Source: a virus
DNA length: 64,000 nt
Virus record (IMG/VR): IMGVR_UViG_3300025133_005514
Coordinates: 1-64,000 of that record
Strand: one strand, 5' to 3'
The notes below the pieces were generated by a model. It ran no database searches and was not told the DNA's origin. It saw only the letters and a program-made list of their open reading frames with translations. The position numbers and the translations under genes were made by a program. Shown here piece by piece: positions 1 to 8,094 of the stretch; position 1 is the first letter of the stretch, and each line of letters starts with the position of its first letter.

Positions 1-235
1 CCGAGGCGACGGCAGCATCGGACACCTCGACTCCGACTGTGAGGTGGTGCGCGGCGACATCCGCGACGGCGACCGCCTCAAGCGCATGACGCACGACGTG
101 GACGTCATCTTCAACCTCGCCGCCCTCATCAGCATCCCGCACTCGTACGCGAGCCCGAGCGACGACACGAGCCCCGCGAGCGCGGCCGGACAGGAGTACG
201 TCCGCAACGTCCATTCCTGCCGGGTCGTCGGATGA
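1..235 (+). pseudogene. legB: NAD-dependent nucleotide-sugar 4,6-dehydratase (LegB-like), 5' end off window, 3'-truncated
   Basis: EVVRGDIRD...DVIFNLAALISIPHSYASP matches the LegB/extended-SDR segment. Similarity stops there and a stop follows at 235, so the YxxxK catalytic region is absent. Confidence 0.65.
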
Positions 236-441
236 ACCCGCAGCACACCGAGATCATGGACGCCCTCAACACCCTGATCGAGGAGATCCTGGCGGACGAC
301 AAGCCGCACAAGTCGAAGCGCGCCGGAGCTGTCGAGATCGCCAAGGTGCGAGTCGCCGCGATCACGCTCCCGCCGGAGAAGATCGAGCCCTTCGAGATCA
401 AGCTCCGCGCCGACCGCCCAGGCGGACCGGGGGCCGCATGA
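232..441 (+). CDS. hypothetical protein (69 aa)
   Basis: ATGA overlaps with both neighbours; GC-rich third positions. Confidence 0.6.
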   Translation: MNPQHTEIMDALNTLIEEILADDKPHKSKRAGAVEIAKVRVAAITLPPEKIEPFEIKLRADRPGGPGAA

Positions 442-770
442 CCTACGAGAGCATCGTCTTCGGGAACGACGCGGCCTGGGGCGGCTGGGGCCAGTGCCTC
501 GCGAACGCGAGCGTGGTTGTTGGCAACAGCAGCAGCATCCTGCTAGAGGCGGGCCTCTTCGGGACTCCCGCCGTTCTTGTCGGAGCGCGCCAGGAGGGGC
601 GGGAGGTGCCGAGGAACGTCATCGAGGTGCCCGCCGACGTGCGCTCCATCCGCGAGGCTGTCGAGTCTCAGTTGGTCGTGGGCCGCTACAGGCCCGACTA
701 CACCTACGGGTTCGGCGACGGAGCGGACAGGATTGCCTCCATCATCAAGGAGTGGCTCGATGCGAAGTAG
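438..770 (+). pseudogene. neuC: C-terminal fragment of hydrolysing UDP-GlcNAc 2-epimerase (NeuC/LegG family)
   Basis: VVVGNSSSILLEA..GTPAVLVGARQEGRE..NVIEV...YGFGDGADRI is the NeuC C-terminal signature. Only 110 aa, with no N-terminal domain. Confidence 0.75.
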
Positions 771-1038
771 CGTGCTGCTGCTGACGCTGCTCCTGGCGGC
801 ATGCTCACCCTGCGCCGACCTCGCCTCCAAGGGCGAGGAGTGCGGCGATGACGCAGGGCTCTCAGTTGCTACTTGCGAAACCGCGAGGCGACGGGCCTCA
901 CTTCCGGACTCGGGACTGACACTGGAGCAGGCGGACTGCCTCTTGGCTTGCGGTGCCGAGGGTTCGTGTGATGAGTACTTCGACAGGATGTACGTCTCGT
1001 GCGTCTGCGAGGAGAGGTGCGGTGTGACATGCCTGTAA
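760..1038 (+). CDS. Cys-rich small lipoprotein
   Basis: MRSSVLLLTLLLAAC signal peptide and lipobox, many Cys; overlaps both neighbours. Confidence 0.7.
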   Translation: MRSSVLLLTLLLAACSPCADLASKGEECGDDAGLSVATCETARRRASLPDSGLTLEQADCLLACGAEGSCDEYFDRMYVSCVCEERCGVTCL

Positions 1039-2045
1039 CGATTGTCGCTGAGGGCGGCTGCGAACACGCGGGCTCTCTGGACGAGGGTAAGCGCATCATC
1101 GACTTGGCGCTCGAGGCCGGTGCGGACTTCGTGAAGTTCCAGCTCTACGACGTGACCGAGCTCGTGTCGAAGCGCGCGGACCCGGCGCAGTGGGAGAAGC
1201 TCGCTGCCCTCGAGATGACCCCGCACGAGGCGTCGCTGCTGGTGGCGCACGCTCCCGGCAAGGTGGCGTTCTCGGTCTTCGACCACCGCTCGCTTGCGGT
1301 CGTCAACGAACTCGACGTGCCGTTCATCAAGCTCGGCTCCGGGGAACTCAGCGATTTCCCGCTCGTCCGCGCTGTGGCGGCACTCAGGAAGCCGACCGTC
1401 CTGAGCACCGGCATGCACGACGACCAAACTGTCTGGCGTGCGGAGGCGACGATCGCAGCCGAGGATGGCTGGCTCGACTACCACAAGCACCTGACGCTCA
1501 TGCACTGCGTGTCGGCGTACCCGGCCTCTGGCCCGCTCGACATGGGGCGCATGATTCGCCTGGATGCCGGCTTCAAGGTCGGCTACTCCGACCACACGAC
1601 GACGCCGATGGCGGCCCAGATGGCGGTGGCGCTCGGCGCGAGCATGATCGAAGCGCACGTCACCACGGGCAAGGGGCCGGACGCGGAGATGGCTTGGAGG
1701 CTGGACGTCGCAGACTCTGGCTGGCCCAGCGTCGAGGACCACACGCAGACCCGGTTCGGCGGCTACGTCCGCTGCGTCCGCGCTGCCGAGGAGGCGATGC
1801 AGCCGCCGGGAGCGGTGGGTGTGCCCGAGTGGGGCGGCGACCCGCTCAACGTCAAGGAGTTCGACACGGCCCGCTCCTCCCGTAAGTCCCTCGCCGCCGC
1901 CCGCGCCGTGCTGCGTGGCGACGTATGGACCGAGGACAGTCTGACTTGCATGCGTCCAGGGACCGGCATCCCGGCGGGCCGCTGGGACGAGTTCATCGGC
2001 AAGCGCGCCGAGCGCGACTACGACGCGGGGGAGTTGCTGCGATGA
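1029..2045 (+). CDS. neuB: N-acetylneuraminate/legionaminate synthase (NeuB/LegI family) with C-terminal SAF domain
   Basis: IVAEGGCEHAG, GADFVKFQ, IKLGSGEL, LSTGM, LMHCVSAYP, GYSDHT, IEAHVT, RKSL...RPGTGIP. Confidence 0.95.
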   Translation: MPVTIVAEGGCEHAGSLDEGKRIIDLALEAGADFVKFQLYDVTELVSKRADPAQWEKLAALEMTPHEASLLVAHAPGKVAFSVFDHRSLAVVNELDVPFIKLGSGELSDFPLVRAVAALRKPTVLSTGMHDDQTVWRAEATIAAEDGWLDYHKHLTLMHCVSAYPASGPLDMGRMIRLDAGFKVGYSDHTTTPMAAQMAVALGASMIEAHVTTGKGPDAEMAWRLDVADSGWPSVEDHTQTRFGGYVRCVRAAEEAMQPPGAVGVPEWGGDPLNVKEFDTARSSRKSLAAARAVLRGDVWTEDSLTCMRPGTGIPAGRWDEFIGKRAERDYDAGELLR

Positions 2046-2821
2046 TAGTCATCGGCAGAGGCGGACATGCTCGCGCTCTCGGACTCGACACGTCGGAAGC
2101 CATCAACTCGGACGAGTGGCCCGCCTTCTTCGCGGACTGGCGGCTCAACACGGATGACGACTTCCTCAACAGTGCCTGCGAGGTCGTCGTCGCCATCGGA
2201 GACAACACCGCTCGTAAGAGGGTGGTTGAGATGGTCGAGACGGACGGGGCGAAGGTGGTGGGCAAGCACAACGCTGCGCTGTCGGGGTATCCGCCGGCGG
2301 GCCTGCAGCAACAGCCGGGGTCGATGGTCCTGTTGTCCAGCCAGGTCGGCGCGCACGTCATCTTGAACACGGGCTGCATCGTCGAGCACGACTGCCGAGT
2401 GGGCGACTTCGTCCACATCGGCCCCGGTGCGGTGCTCTGCGGCACGGTGACCGTGGGCGAGGGCTCATTCGTGGGCGCGAACGTCACGGTGCTTCCTGGC
2501 CGGGTGATCGGGAAGTGGGCGACGGTCGGAGCTGGCGCGGTCGTCACGAAGGACGTGCCTGACGGGGAGACGTGGGTGGGCAACCCTGCTCGCCCGATGA
2601 GGTCGGGGGCGGACCCGCGAGCCCTGGCTAACCACCTCTCATCCAGCGGACACACTCAGTCGTCCCTGGCTCGCGAACTTGGTGTCAGCAAGTCGATGTT
2701 CTCCCGATGGGCTACCGGTGCCTATAACCCATCCTTGAAGTACGCCACCGCGATCGAGAGGCTCATCAACCTGCCCGCCGACTGGTGGGTTGACAGAGGC
2801 GGTGACCATGTCGCACGCTAG
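2042..2821 (+). CDS. neuD: NeuD/PglD-type hexapeptide sugar acetyltransferase with in-frame C-terminal XRE HTH
   Basis: IGRGGHA, VAIGDNTARK, ILNTGCIVEHDC, hexapeptide repeats, VGAGAVVTKDVP...VGNPARP, then TQSSLARELGVSKSMFSRWATG.YNPS. Confidence 0.88.
   Translation: MIVIGRGGHARALGLDTSEAINSDEWPAFFADWRLNTDDDFLNSACEVVVAIGDNTARKRVVEMVETDGAKVVGKHNAALSGYPPAGLQQQPGSMVLLSSQVGAHVILNTGCIVEHDCRVGDFVHIGPGAVLCGTVTVGEGSFVGANVTVLPGRVIGKWATVGAGAVVTKDVPDGETWVGNPARPMRSGADPRALANHLSSSGHTQSSLARELGVSKSMFSRWATGAYNPSLKYATAIERLINLPADWWVDRGGDHVAR
2790..2819 (+). promoter_or_regulatory. possible sigma70-type promoter for the downstream structured RNA
   Basis: TTGACA-18 nt-CACGCT ends a few nt before the closing stem at 2826. 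Confidence 0.4.
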
Positions 2822-2825
2822 CCCC

Positions 2826-3173
2826 CGAGCGGAGTCCAGACATACTTCCACCCGGGCCGCTTCGGCGTGTCGAGTTCCGTTGCCGGGTGGTGGGCAGGCG
2901 TCGATTCAGTCGAGGCCGGGAGCGACTTCGATCCTCGCGCAAGCGGGAAGCCTCGGAGAGCTCTCGGACCCTCGATCTCGGCTGTCACGGGGGCGGGCAA
3001 TCAATATGACCCCGTTCGGACGCTGCGCGATCCCCGGCGCAGGTTCCCGTGACAGTACCTCCACCGTGAAGGCGGTCAGCGGAGGACCGGTACGGACGCC
3101 CGACTCCCGGTGGCGGCCCACAAGGACCGTTAGGAGGGGGTGCGCCACAGGTAAGTCAGGGCGGACCCGCTCG
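2826..3173 (+). ncRNA. candidate ~350-nt structured non-coding RNA, family unassigned
   Basis: The ends pair (CGAGCGG-A-GTCC / GGAC-CCGCTCG). Internal stems CCACCCGG/CCGGGTGG and CTGTCACGGG/CCCGTGACAG, TTCG and GCAA loops. No credible ORF. Confidence 0.65.
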
Positions 3174-3202
3174 TCATGACCAACAACAACGGAGACGACA
3201 AG

Positions 3203-3553
3203 ATGAGTACGGAGCGTGTTTTCAAGCAGCCCATCAAGCGAGTCCTCCTCGCCGCCATCTCAGCCCCTGGGCACATCACGGAGGCTGCCCCCGTTGGTGG
3301 GCACGTCACCTACCTGGGGGAGTCATTCGTCGTCTGCAAGGGTTGGTTTCGGCGTTGGCTGGAGCCCACCGGCCAGGTCGCCTGTCCTGTCTGCGACAAG
3401 CCGGCGGGCATTGCTTCTGACGTGGACTGGGGCGCACCGGACCTGGTGACCGGCGAGAAGCTAGCCCCCGGCGTCTTCCTAGCTACCTGCTGCACGTCGT
3501 TCATCCGGCCGACCAAGTCGGGCTGGCGGGTCGCGAGTTCGACTGACCTGTGA
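3203..3553 (+). CDS. hypothetical protein with CxxC / CC zinc-ribbon-like motifs
   Basis: CPVC...TCC; GGAG RBS upstream; GTGA overlap with next gene. Confidence 0.65.
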   Translation: MSTERVFKQPIKRVLLAAISAPGHITEAAPVGGHVTYLGESFVVCKGWFRRWLEPTGQVACPVCDKPAGIASDVDWGAPDLVTGEKLAPGVFLATCCTSFIRPTKSGWRVASSTDL

Positions 3554-4116
3554 TCGGAAACGAACGAGTCCTCGCCCTCATCCCCTCGCGAGAAGGCAGC
3601 AAGCGCCTCCCGATGAAGGCGCTCCGCACCCTCGGAGGCAAGCCCCTCATCCTCTGGAGCGTCGAGTTCGCCCAGGACTGTGGGCTCGCCTCCGCCGTCG
3701 CTGTCTCCACGGACTGCGCCGCCACCGCCATCGTCTCCTCGACCTTCGGGGCTCGCGTCATCCCGCGACCAGCGCCCCTGGCCGGCGACCTCGTGCCGAT
3801 GCGTCCAGTGGTCGCCCACGCGCGTACGTTCTTCCCTGACTGCCCGTGGATGCTCCTTCTGCAGCCGACCTCGCCCTTCCGCAAGCGAGGCGCGTTGATC
3901 ACCCTCGCCTCCCTGTTGGAGTCGTCCGGACGCAAGCGCGCCTGGAGCACCGGCGCGGACGGGCGCCCTGACGGCGGCTTCTACCTGCAGCACATCGACG
4001 CCTCGCACCTCCCTCTCGCGGACAGCGCCGGCGGGGATGACGCGATCACCATCACCGTGGGACATCTGGACATCGACACTCAGGCAGACTTCGACCGCGC
4101 CAAGGAGACGCTGTGA
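3550..4116 (+). CDS. neuA: acylneuraminate cytidylyltransferase (NeuA/LegF family), shortened
   Basis: ALIPSREGSKRLPMK, LGGKPLI, VSTD, LLQPTSPFR, DGGFY, LDIDTQADF. Confidence 0.9.
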   Translation: MIGNERVLALIPSREGSKRLPMKALRTLGGKPLILWSVEFAQDCGLASAVAVSTDCAATAIVSSTFGARVIPRPAPLAGDLVPMRPVVAHARTFFPDCPWMLLLQPTSPFRKRGALITLASLLESSGRKRAWSTGADGRPDGGFYLQHIDASHLPLADSAGGDDAITITVGHLDIDTQADFDRAKETL

Positions 4117-4608
4117 AGATCGGATCGAAGATGGACACCTCGGGCTTCCGTGACGAGATTCAGTTCTACGGAGGCGACCGCGTCCTCGGCCTGCGCGAGA
4201 TCTGCGTCTTCGGGCTGGGCGACGGCTCTTCGCTACAGGCGCTGCTCGACTACGAGACGGAGGCTGGGCCCATCGCGGAGCACATCAGGATCGTCCAGGT
4301 GCTCGAGCCCGACGACGACGCCATCAAGGAGTGGCTCCCCACGGTGGAGGGGAAGTACGGGTTCCCCATCCAGATTCACACCGGACCCGACGCCTTCCGC
4401 CTACGCTGTGGCCGGCGTCGAAGGGGACGCCTCCGAAGCCTTCGACGAGGCGCAGGAGTACTCGCAGTGGGTGGACGCGCACTGTACTCGCGCACTGCAC
4501 GCGGTCCTGACGGCGCCGGGGATGAGCGGCGAAGAGCGCCTGCAGCAGAGTTGCTGGACGCTGTTGCGCGCCGCTCAGACGCTGGAGACGCTCCTGCGTG
4601 AGGTCTAG
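4113..4608 (+). pseudogene. class I SAM methyltransferase-like N-terminus joined out of frame to an unrelated helical C-terminus
   Basis: ICVFGLGDGSS, VQVLEPD and IHTGPDAF lie in one frame. After ~4395 the coding-like sequence (EAFDEAQEYSQW...TLLREV) is in another frame. Confidence 0.5.
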
Positions 4609-4820
4609 TACTTCTTTTTCTTCTGCTGCCGCTTGTCAACCTTGGTGTCCTCGCGGTGCGACCGGACCTCGCTGTCCATGCTGAACGCAGCCTCCTGCTT
4701 GCGGTTGCTCACCCTGGCCCTGCGGAGGGAGTTGTTGGCGTGCTGCGTAGAGCCCCCAGAGGAGTGCTGCGTCGAGCGACGCCCGTTCTCGCTGAAGTCC
4801 TTGCCGTTGTACTTGGGCAT
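4605..4820 (-). CDS. small basic hydrophilic protein (71 aa)
   Basis: AAGGAG RBS, MPKYNGK..., STQH repeated twice, KKKKY tail. Confidence 0.65.
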   Translation of the reverse strand: MPKYNGKDFSENGRRSTQHSSGGSTQHANNSLRRARVSNRKQEAAFSMDSEVRSHREDTKVDKRQQKKKKY

Positions 4821-4886
4821 TCTGTCTCTCCTTGCCTGATTGCTCTTGACTGTGCCAGATTCTCCAACACTTGAAGGAGTGTACTC

Positions 4887-5228
4887 ATGCTGGACCTCTC
4901 TCTGTCGGTGAAAGAACTGAAGAAGCTCATTCCCGAGTCCCCCCTCGAGGTGCTGCTGATGGCGGTCGCCGCCGAGGAGTTGTGCGAGACCCCGCGCCGC
5001 TCGCTGCTCAAGCGCCTGCGCCGGGAGATCGACTCCCGCGAGCCCGCCCAGAGCGAGGTGATCGAACTGGAGGAGGAGCGCGCCCGCGAGGACGACGGCA
5101 CCTTCCAGGCCGACGACCCGAGCACTCCCTACGTCGATGAGGCGTGGGAGCCGCCCAAGACCACCGAACGCGCTCCTCGCCGCATGTGCGGAGCACCCAA
5201 CACGACCCACCGGAGGGGCCCCAAGTAG
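4887..5228 (+). CDS. small helical-domain protein, similar to 36499..36813
   Basis: AAGGAG RBS; LSVKEL...AEE...RRSLLKRL pattern. Confidence 0.75.
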   Translation: MLDLSLSVKELKKLIPESPLEVLLMAVAAEELCETPRRSLLKRLRREIDSREPAQSEVIELEEERAREDDGTFQADDPSTPYVDEAWEPPKTTERAPRRMCGAPNTTHRRGPK

Positions 5229-5765
5229 ATGAGCTACACCGACGCAGACAGCAAGAGCAAGTTGACCAACCGCAAGAGCAAGCCGCTCAAGCGCGAGGAG
5301 ATCGACCGTATCCTCGGCAATGGCGAGGTCTTCCGCCGCTTCGACCGCTACAGCACTACCGGGCGCACTGCGAAGGAGGGTCCGATGAGCGACACCGCCG
5401 CGCTCGAGGAAGCCATCGAGGACGTCTTTGGTGGCGGGCGCACGCGGGGCTACCGACGCTTCGCCGCTCACGCGACCGAGCAGAACATCCTCCGCATGAA
5501 GTCGCTCCGCAAGGGCAAGGCCGCCCCCAACGACGTCTACCTCGGTGACGAGGTCAACGTGCGCCAGCGCGTGCGGAAGATCGACGACTCCGCGCAGCTC
5601 GCGCAGATGCTCGTCGCGGAGTACCAGGGGCGCAACGACAGCGGCGCTCCGCGTCCGGAGGTGCTCGGCATCATCCAGGCGCGCATGTCCGAGGTCGACC
5701 GCCCGGTGACCGAGGAGGGTGTCGCCAGCGCCGACGAGCTCAAGGCCGCTCTGGCGGACGACTGA
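5229..5765 (+). CDS. hypothetical protein with related helical motif at C-terminus
   Basis: Abuts both neighbours; LAQMLVAEYQG...RPEVLGIIQARM. Confidence 0.75.
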   Translation: MSYTDADSKSKLTNRKSKPLKREEIDRILGNGEVFRRFDRYSTTGRTAKEGPMSDTAALEEAIEDVFGGGRTRGYRRFAAHATEQNILRMKSLRKGKAAPNDVYLGDEVNVRQRVRKIDDSAQLAQMLVAEYQGRNDSGAPRPEVLGIIQARMSEVDRPVTEEGVASADELKAALADD

Positions 5766-6079
5766 TGGGCGCGGTGTCTGACGGTGGCAAGGAGCACCAG
5801 CGTCAACAGGTGATGCTGACGCTGCTCGCGTCGAGCCCCGGCTTCATCGAGCGGTACATGGGCAACCGCCTCCTGGGCTCGACGCCCGAGGCAGCGGCGC
5901 TCGGGGCCCTCTTGAGCGGGGGGCTTGCCGCCGAGCACGTCCTCCAGTTGCAGGGCGACAAGCACGACCTCGACACCGCTCGCGCCCAACGTGGGGTCAA
6001 GGCTGTCGCGAAAGCCCTCGCCCGGATGGTTGAGGCGAACCTCGACCGCACCCTCGGGACCATGCCCACGGTTCAGTAG
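5765..6079 (+). CDS. hypothetical protein directly upstream of TerL1 (positional TerS candidate)
   Basis: TGATG coupling; abuts the TerL1 start; no recognisable TerS motif. Confidence 0.6.
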   Translation: MGAVSDGGKEHQRQQVMLTLLASSPGFIERYMGNRLLGSTPEAAALGALLSGGLAAEHVLQLQGDKHDLDTARAQRGVKAVAKALARMVEANLDRTLGTMPTVQ

Positions 6080-8086
6080 ATGGCGACGATCAAGGCGATG
6101 ACTGCGGAGAGGTCCCAGCGCATCGCTTGGTGGCTCACGACCCGCGACGAGTACGAGGACTTTGAGGTCTTCGCGGAGAGGTACATCAAGGTGCTCAACC
6201 GCCCTGAGACGAGCGGTCATGGTCGCATCGGTTCCTTCGTCCCCTTCAAGATGAACGCGGTGCAGCGCGACCTGTATCTCCGCCTGGAGCAGGCGAAACG
6301 CGAGGGGCGACCCGCTCGCTTCGTGGTCCTGAAGGCTCGCCGCATGGGCATCTCTACGATGATCCAGGCGTACCAAATGCACCAGTGCCTGACACGCCGC
6401 AACCGCAAGGCGTTCGTGGTGGCTCTGGACCGCACGACGACGACGAACATCGCCGCGATGGCGAAGGCGATGCACGCCAACCTCCCCTCGCTGCCGGTCC
6501 CGATGAAGGAGGCTGCGTGGCGCGCGGCGACGAAGGGTGACCCGCACTGCGACCTCCGTCCGCAGCACCGGCGCAGCAACGACAACGAGCTCTGGTTCAC
6601 GCACCCGTCGGACGAGACGAAGGGCTTGAACTCGCGCTTCCAGGTGGTGCTCGCAGACTCGGTGGATTCGACGCGCGGCTTTGAGTGCCACCTAGCGCAC
6701 CTGAGCGAGATCGCCTTCTATGCGGACGCCGCCGCGTTCATGCTCCCGATGATGCAGACGGTGTCGGACGATCCCGACACGATGGTCATCCTAGAGAGCA
6801 CGGCGAACGGCGCCGGCGGGTTCTTCTACGACACCTTCTGGCGGCACTGGAAGGGCCCCGGCGGTCCCGAGATGGACGGCAAGGGTCAGGAGATCGAAGG
6901 CGACTGGGAGTCGATCTTCTACCCGTGGCACGCCATGCCGGACTACCGGCGCTCGCTGCCCGAGGGCCTGACCACCGACGAACTCCTCAAGGCGATCCCC
7001 ACTGAACTCTTCGACATGGTCGATGAGTACGAACTGGACCCGGAACAGACCTACTGGGCGTACCGGTGCTGGGCCGACAAGTGCCAGGCCGACTGGGACC
7101 TCTTCCGTCAGGAGTACCCAGGCAAGCCCGAGGAGGCGTTCGCTCACGCAGCCCGCCGCGTGTTCGCCGAGAAGGATCTGGCGATCATCGAGAAGTTCAC
7201 GGAGAGGTCGAAGCCCATCCTCGTGGGCGACATCATCGACCGCAACGACGACATGGACGACCGTACGCGCATCGCCACCTACTCGGACATGAAGCCCGAG
7301 ATGGTGGGCGCCGGGAAGGATGGTCCGTTGTGGTTGTGGGAGAACCCGCGCGAGGGGGGTCGATACGTCATCTTCTGCGACCCGTCGAGCGGGAGTCAGA
7401 CCGGGGACGACACAGCGATTCAGGTCATCGACCAGGAGACGCGCCGCCAGGTGGCTGAGTTCCTGCGCCCCATTAGCCCCATCGAGGCGGCGAGGAAGCT
7501 CTGCTTGCTGGGGCTGTACTACAACGATGCTCTGGTGGCGTGGGAGATCAACGGTGTCGGGCATGCGGTGAGCCATGCGCTCATGGCGTCTGGCTACTGG
7601 AACCTGTTCGTGCGCGAGCAGGTTGAGAGCATCGGCGACCAGAGCCGGTTCGGGTGGGCGACGAACATCAGCACCAAGCCGATGATGATCGCAGTGGGCG
7701 AGGACATCGTTCAGCGCCGCCTGCCGATCATCCGCTCAAGCCGTCTGATTCGACAGATGCGGATGTTTCTGGAGTTCGCGAAGAACGCCACGAGCACCGG
7801 CGGCATCATCGCTGGCGACGAGAACTACCGTCGCGTGCGGTGCGGGTCGCCGCCTGGGGAGCACGACGATGCTGTGATGTCGTGGCTCGGCGCGCAGATC
7901 GTCTGCGACATGGAGTCGGGGCGGAATGCGTGGGAGGCATCTTCAGGGGACGAACCTGAGCCGCTCCGTGTACCCTCGGGGCACATCGGATCGAACAAGA
8001 CCATCCACTGGGACGAGGTGGAGGTACACACTGGGCGGGCCGACTCGGTAGTCGATGATGGGCCCATCGGGTCTGGTTGGATCTGA
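6080..8086 (+). CDS. terL: terminase large subunit, copy 1
   Basis: Walker A VLKARRMGIST, Walker B AHLSEIAF, coupling ESTANG, FRQEYP, nuclease YVIFCDPSSG..DD, WEING, HDDAVMS. Confidence 0.95.
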   Translation: MATIKAMTAERSQRIAWWLTTRDEYEDFEVFAERYIKVLNRPETSGHGRIGSFVPFKMNAVQRDLYLRLEQAKREGRPARFVVLKARRMGISTMIQAYQMHQCLTRRNRKAFVVALDRTTTTNIAAMAKAMHANLPSLPVPMKEAAWRAATKGDPHCDLRPQHRRSNDNELWFTHPSDETKGLNSRFQVVLADSVDSTRGFECHLAHLSEIAFYADAAAFMLPMMQTVSDDPDTMVILESTANGAGGFFYDTFWRHWKGPGGPEMDGKGQEIEGDWESIFYPWHAMPDYRRSLPEGLTTDELLKAIPTELFDMVDEYELDPEQTYWAYRCWADKCQADWDLFRQEYPGKPEEAFAHAARRVFAEKDLAIIEKFTERSKPILVGDIIDRNDDMDDRTRIATYSDMKPEMVGAGKDGPLWLWENPREGGRYVIFCDPSSGSQTGDDTAIQVIDQETRRQVAEFLRPISPIEAARKLCLLGLYYNDALVAWEINGVGHAVSHALMASGYWNLFVREQVESIGDQSRFGWATNISTKPMMIAVGEDIVQRRLPIIRSSRLIRQMRMFLEFAKNATSTGGIIAGDENYRRVRCGSPPGEHDDAVMSWLGAQIVCDMESGRNAWEASSGDEPEPLRVPSGHIGSNKTIHWDEVEVHTGRADSVVDDGPIGSGWI

Positions 8087-8094
8087 GGAGCAAG

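Noticed and set aside
2826-3173. tmRNA, tRNA or RNase P identity for the structured RNA
   Set aside because: No acceptor stem with T-arm and CCA end, no tag ORF, no GAGGAAAGTCC motif.
6080-8086. TerL1 and TerL2 as split halves, intein-containing genes or pseudogenes
   Set aside because: Each has full ATPase and nuclease motif sets, normal length and no intein termini.
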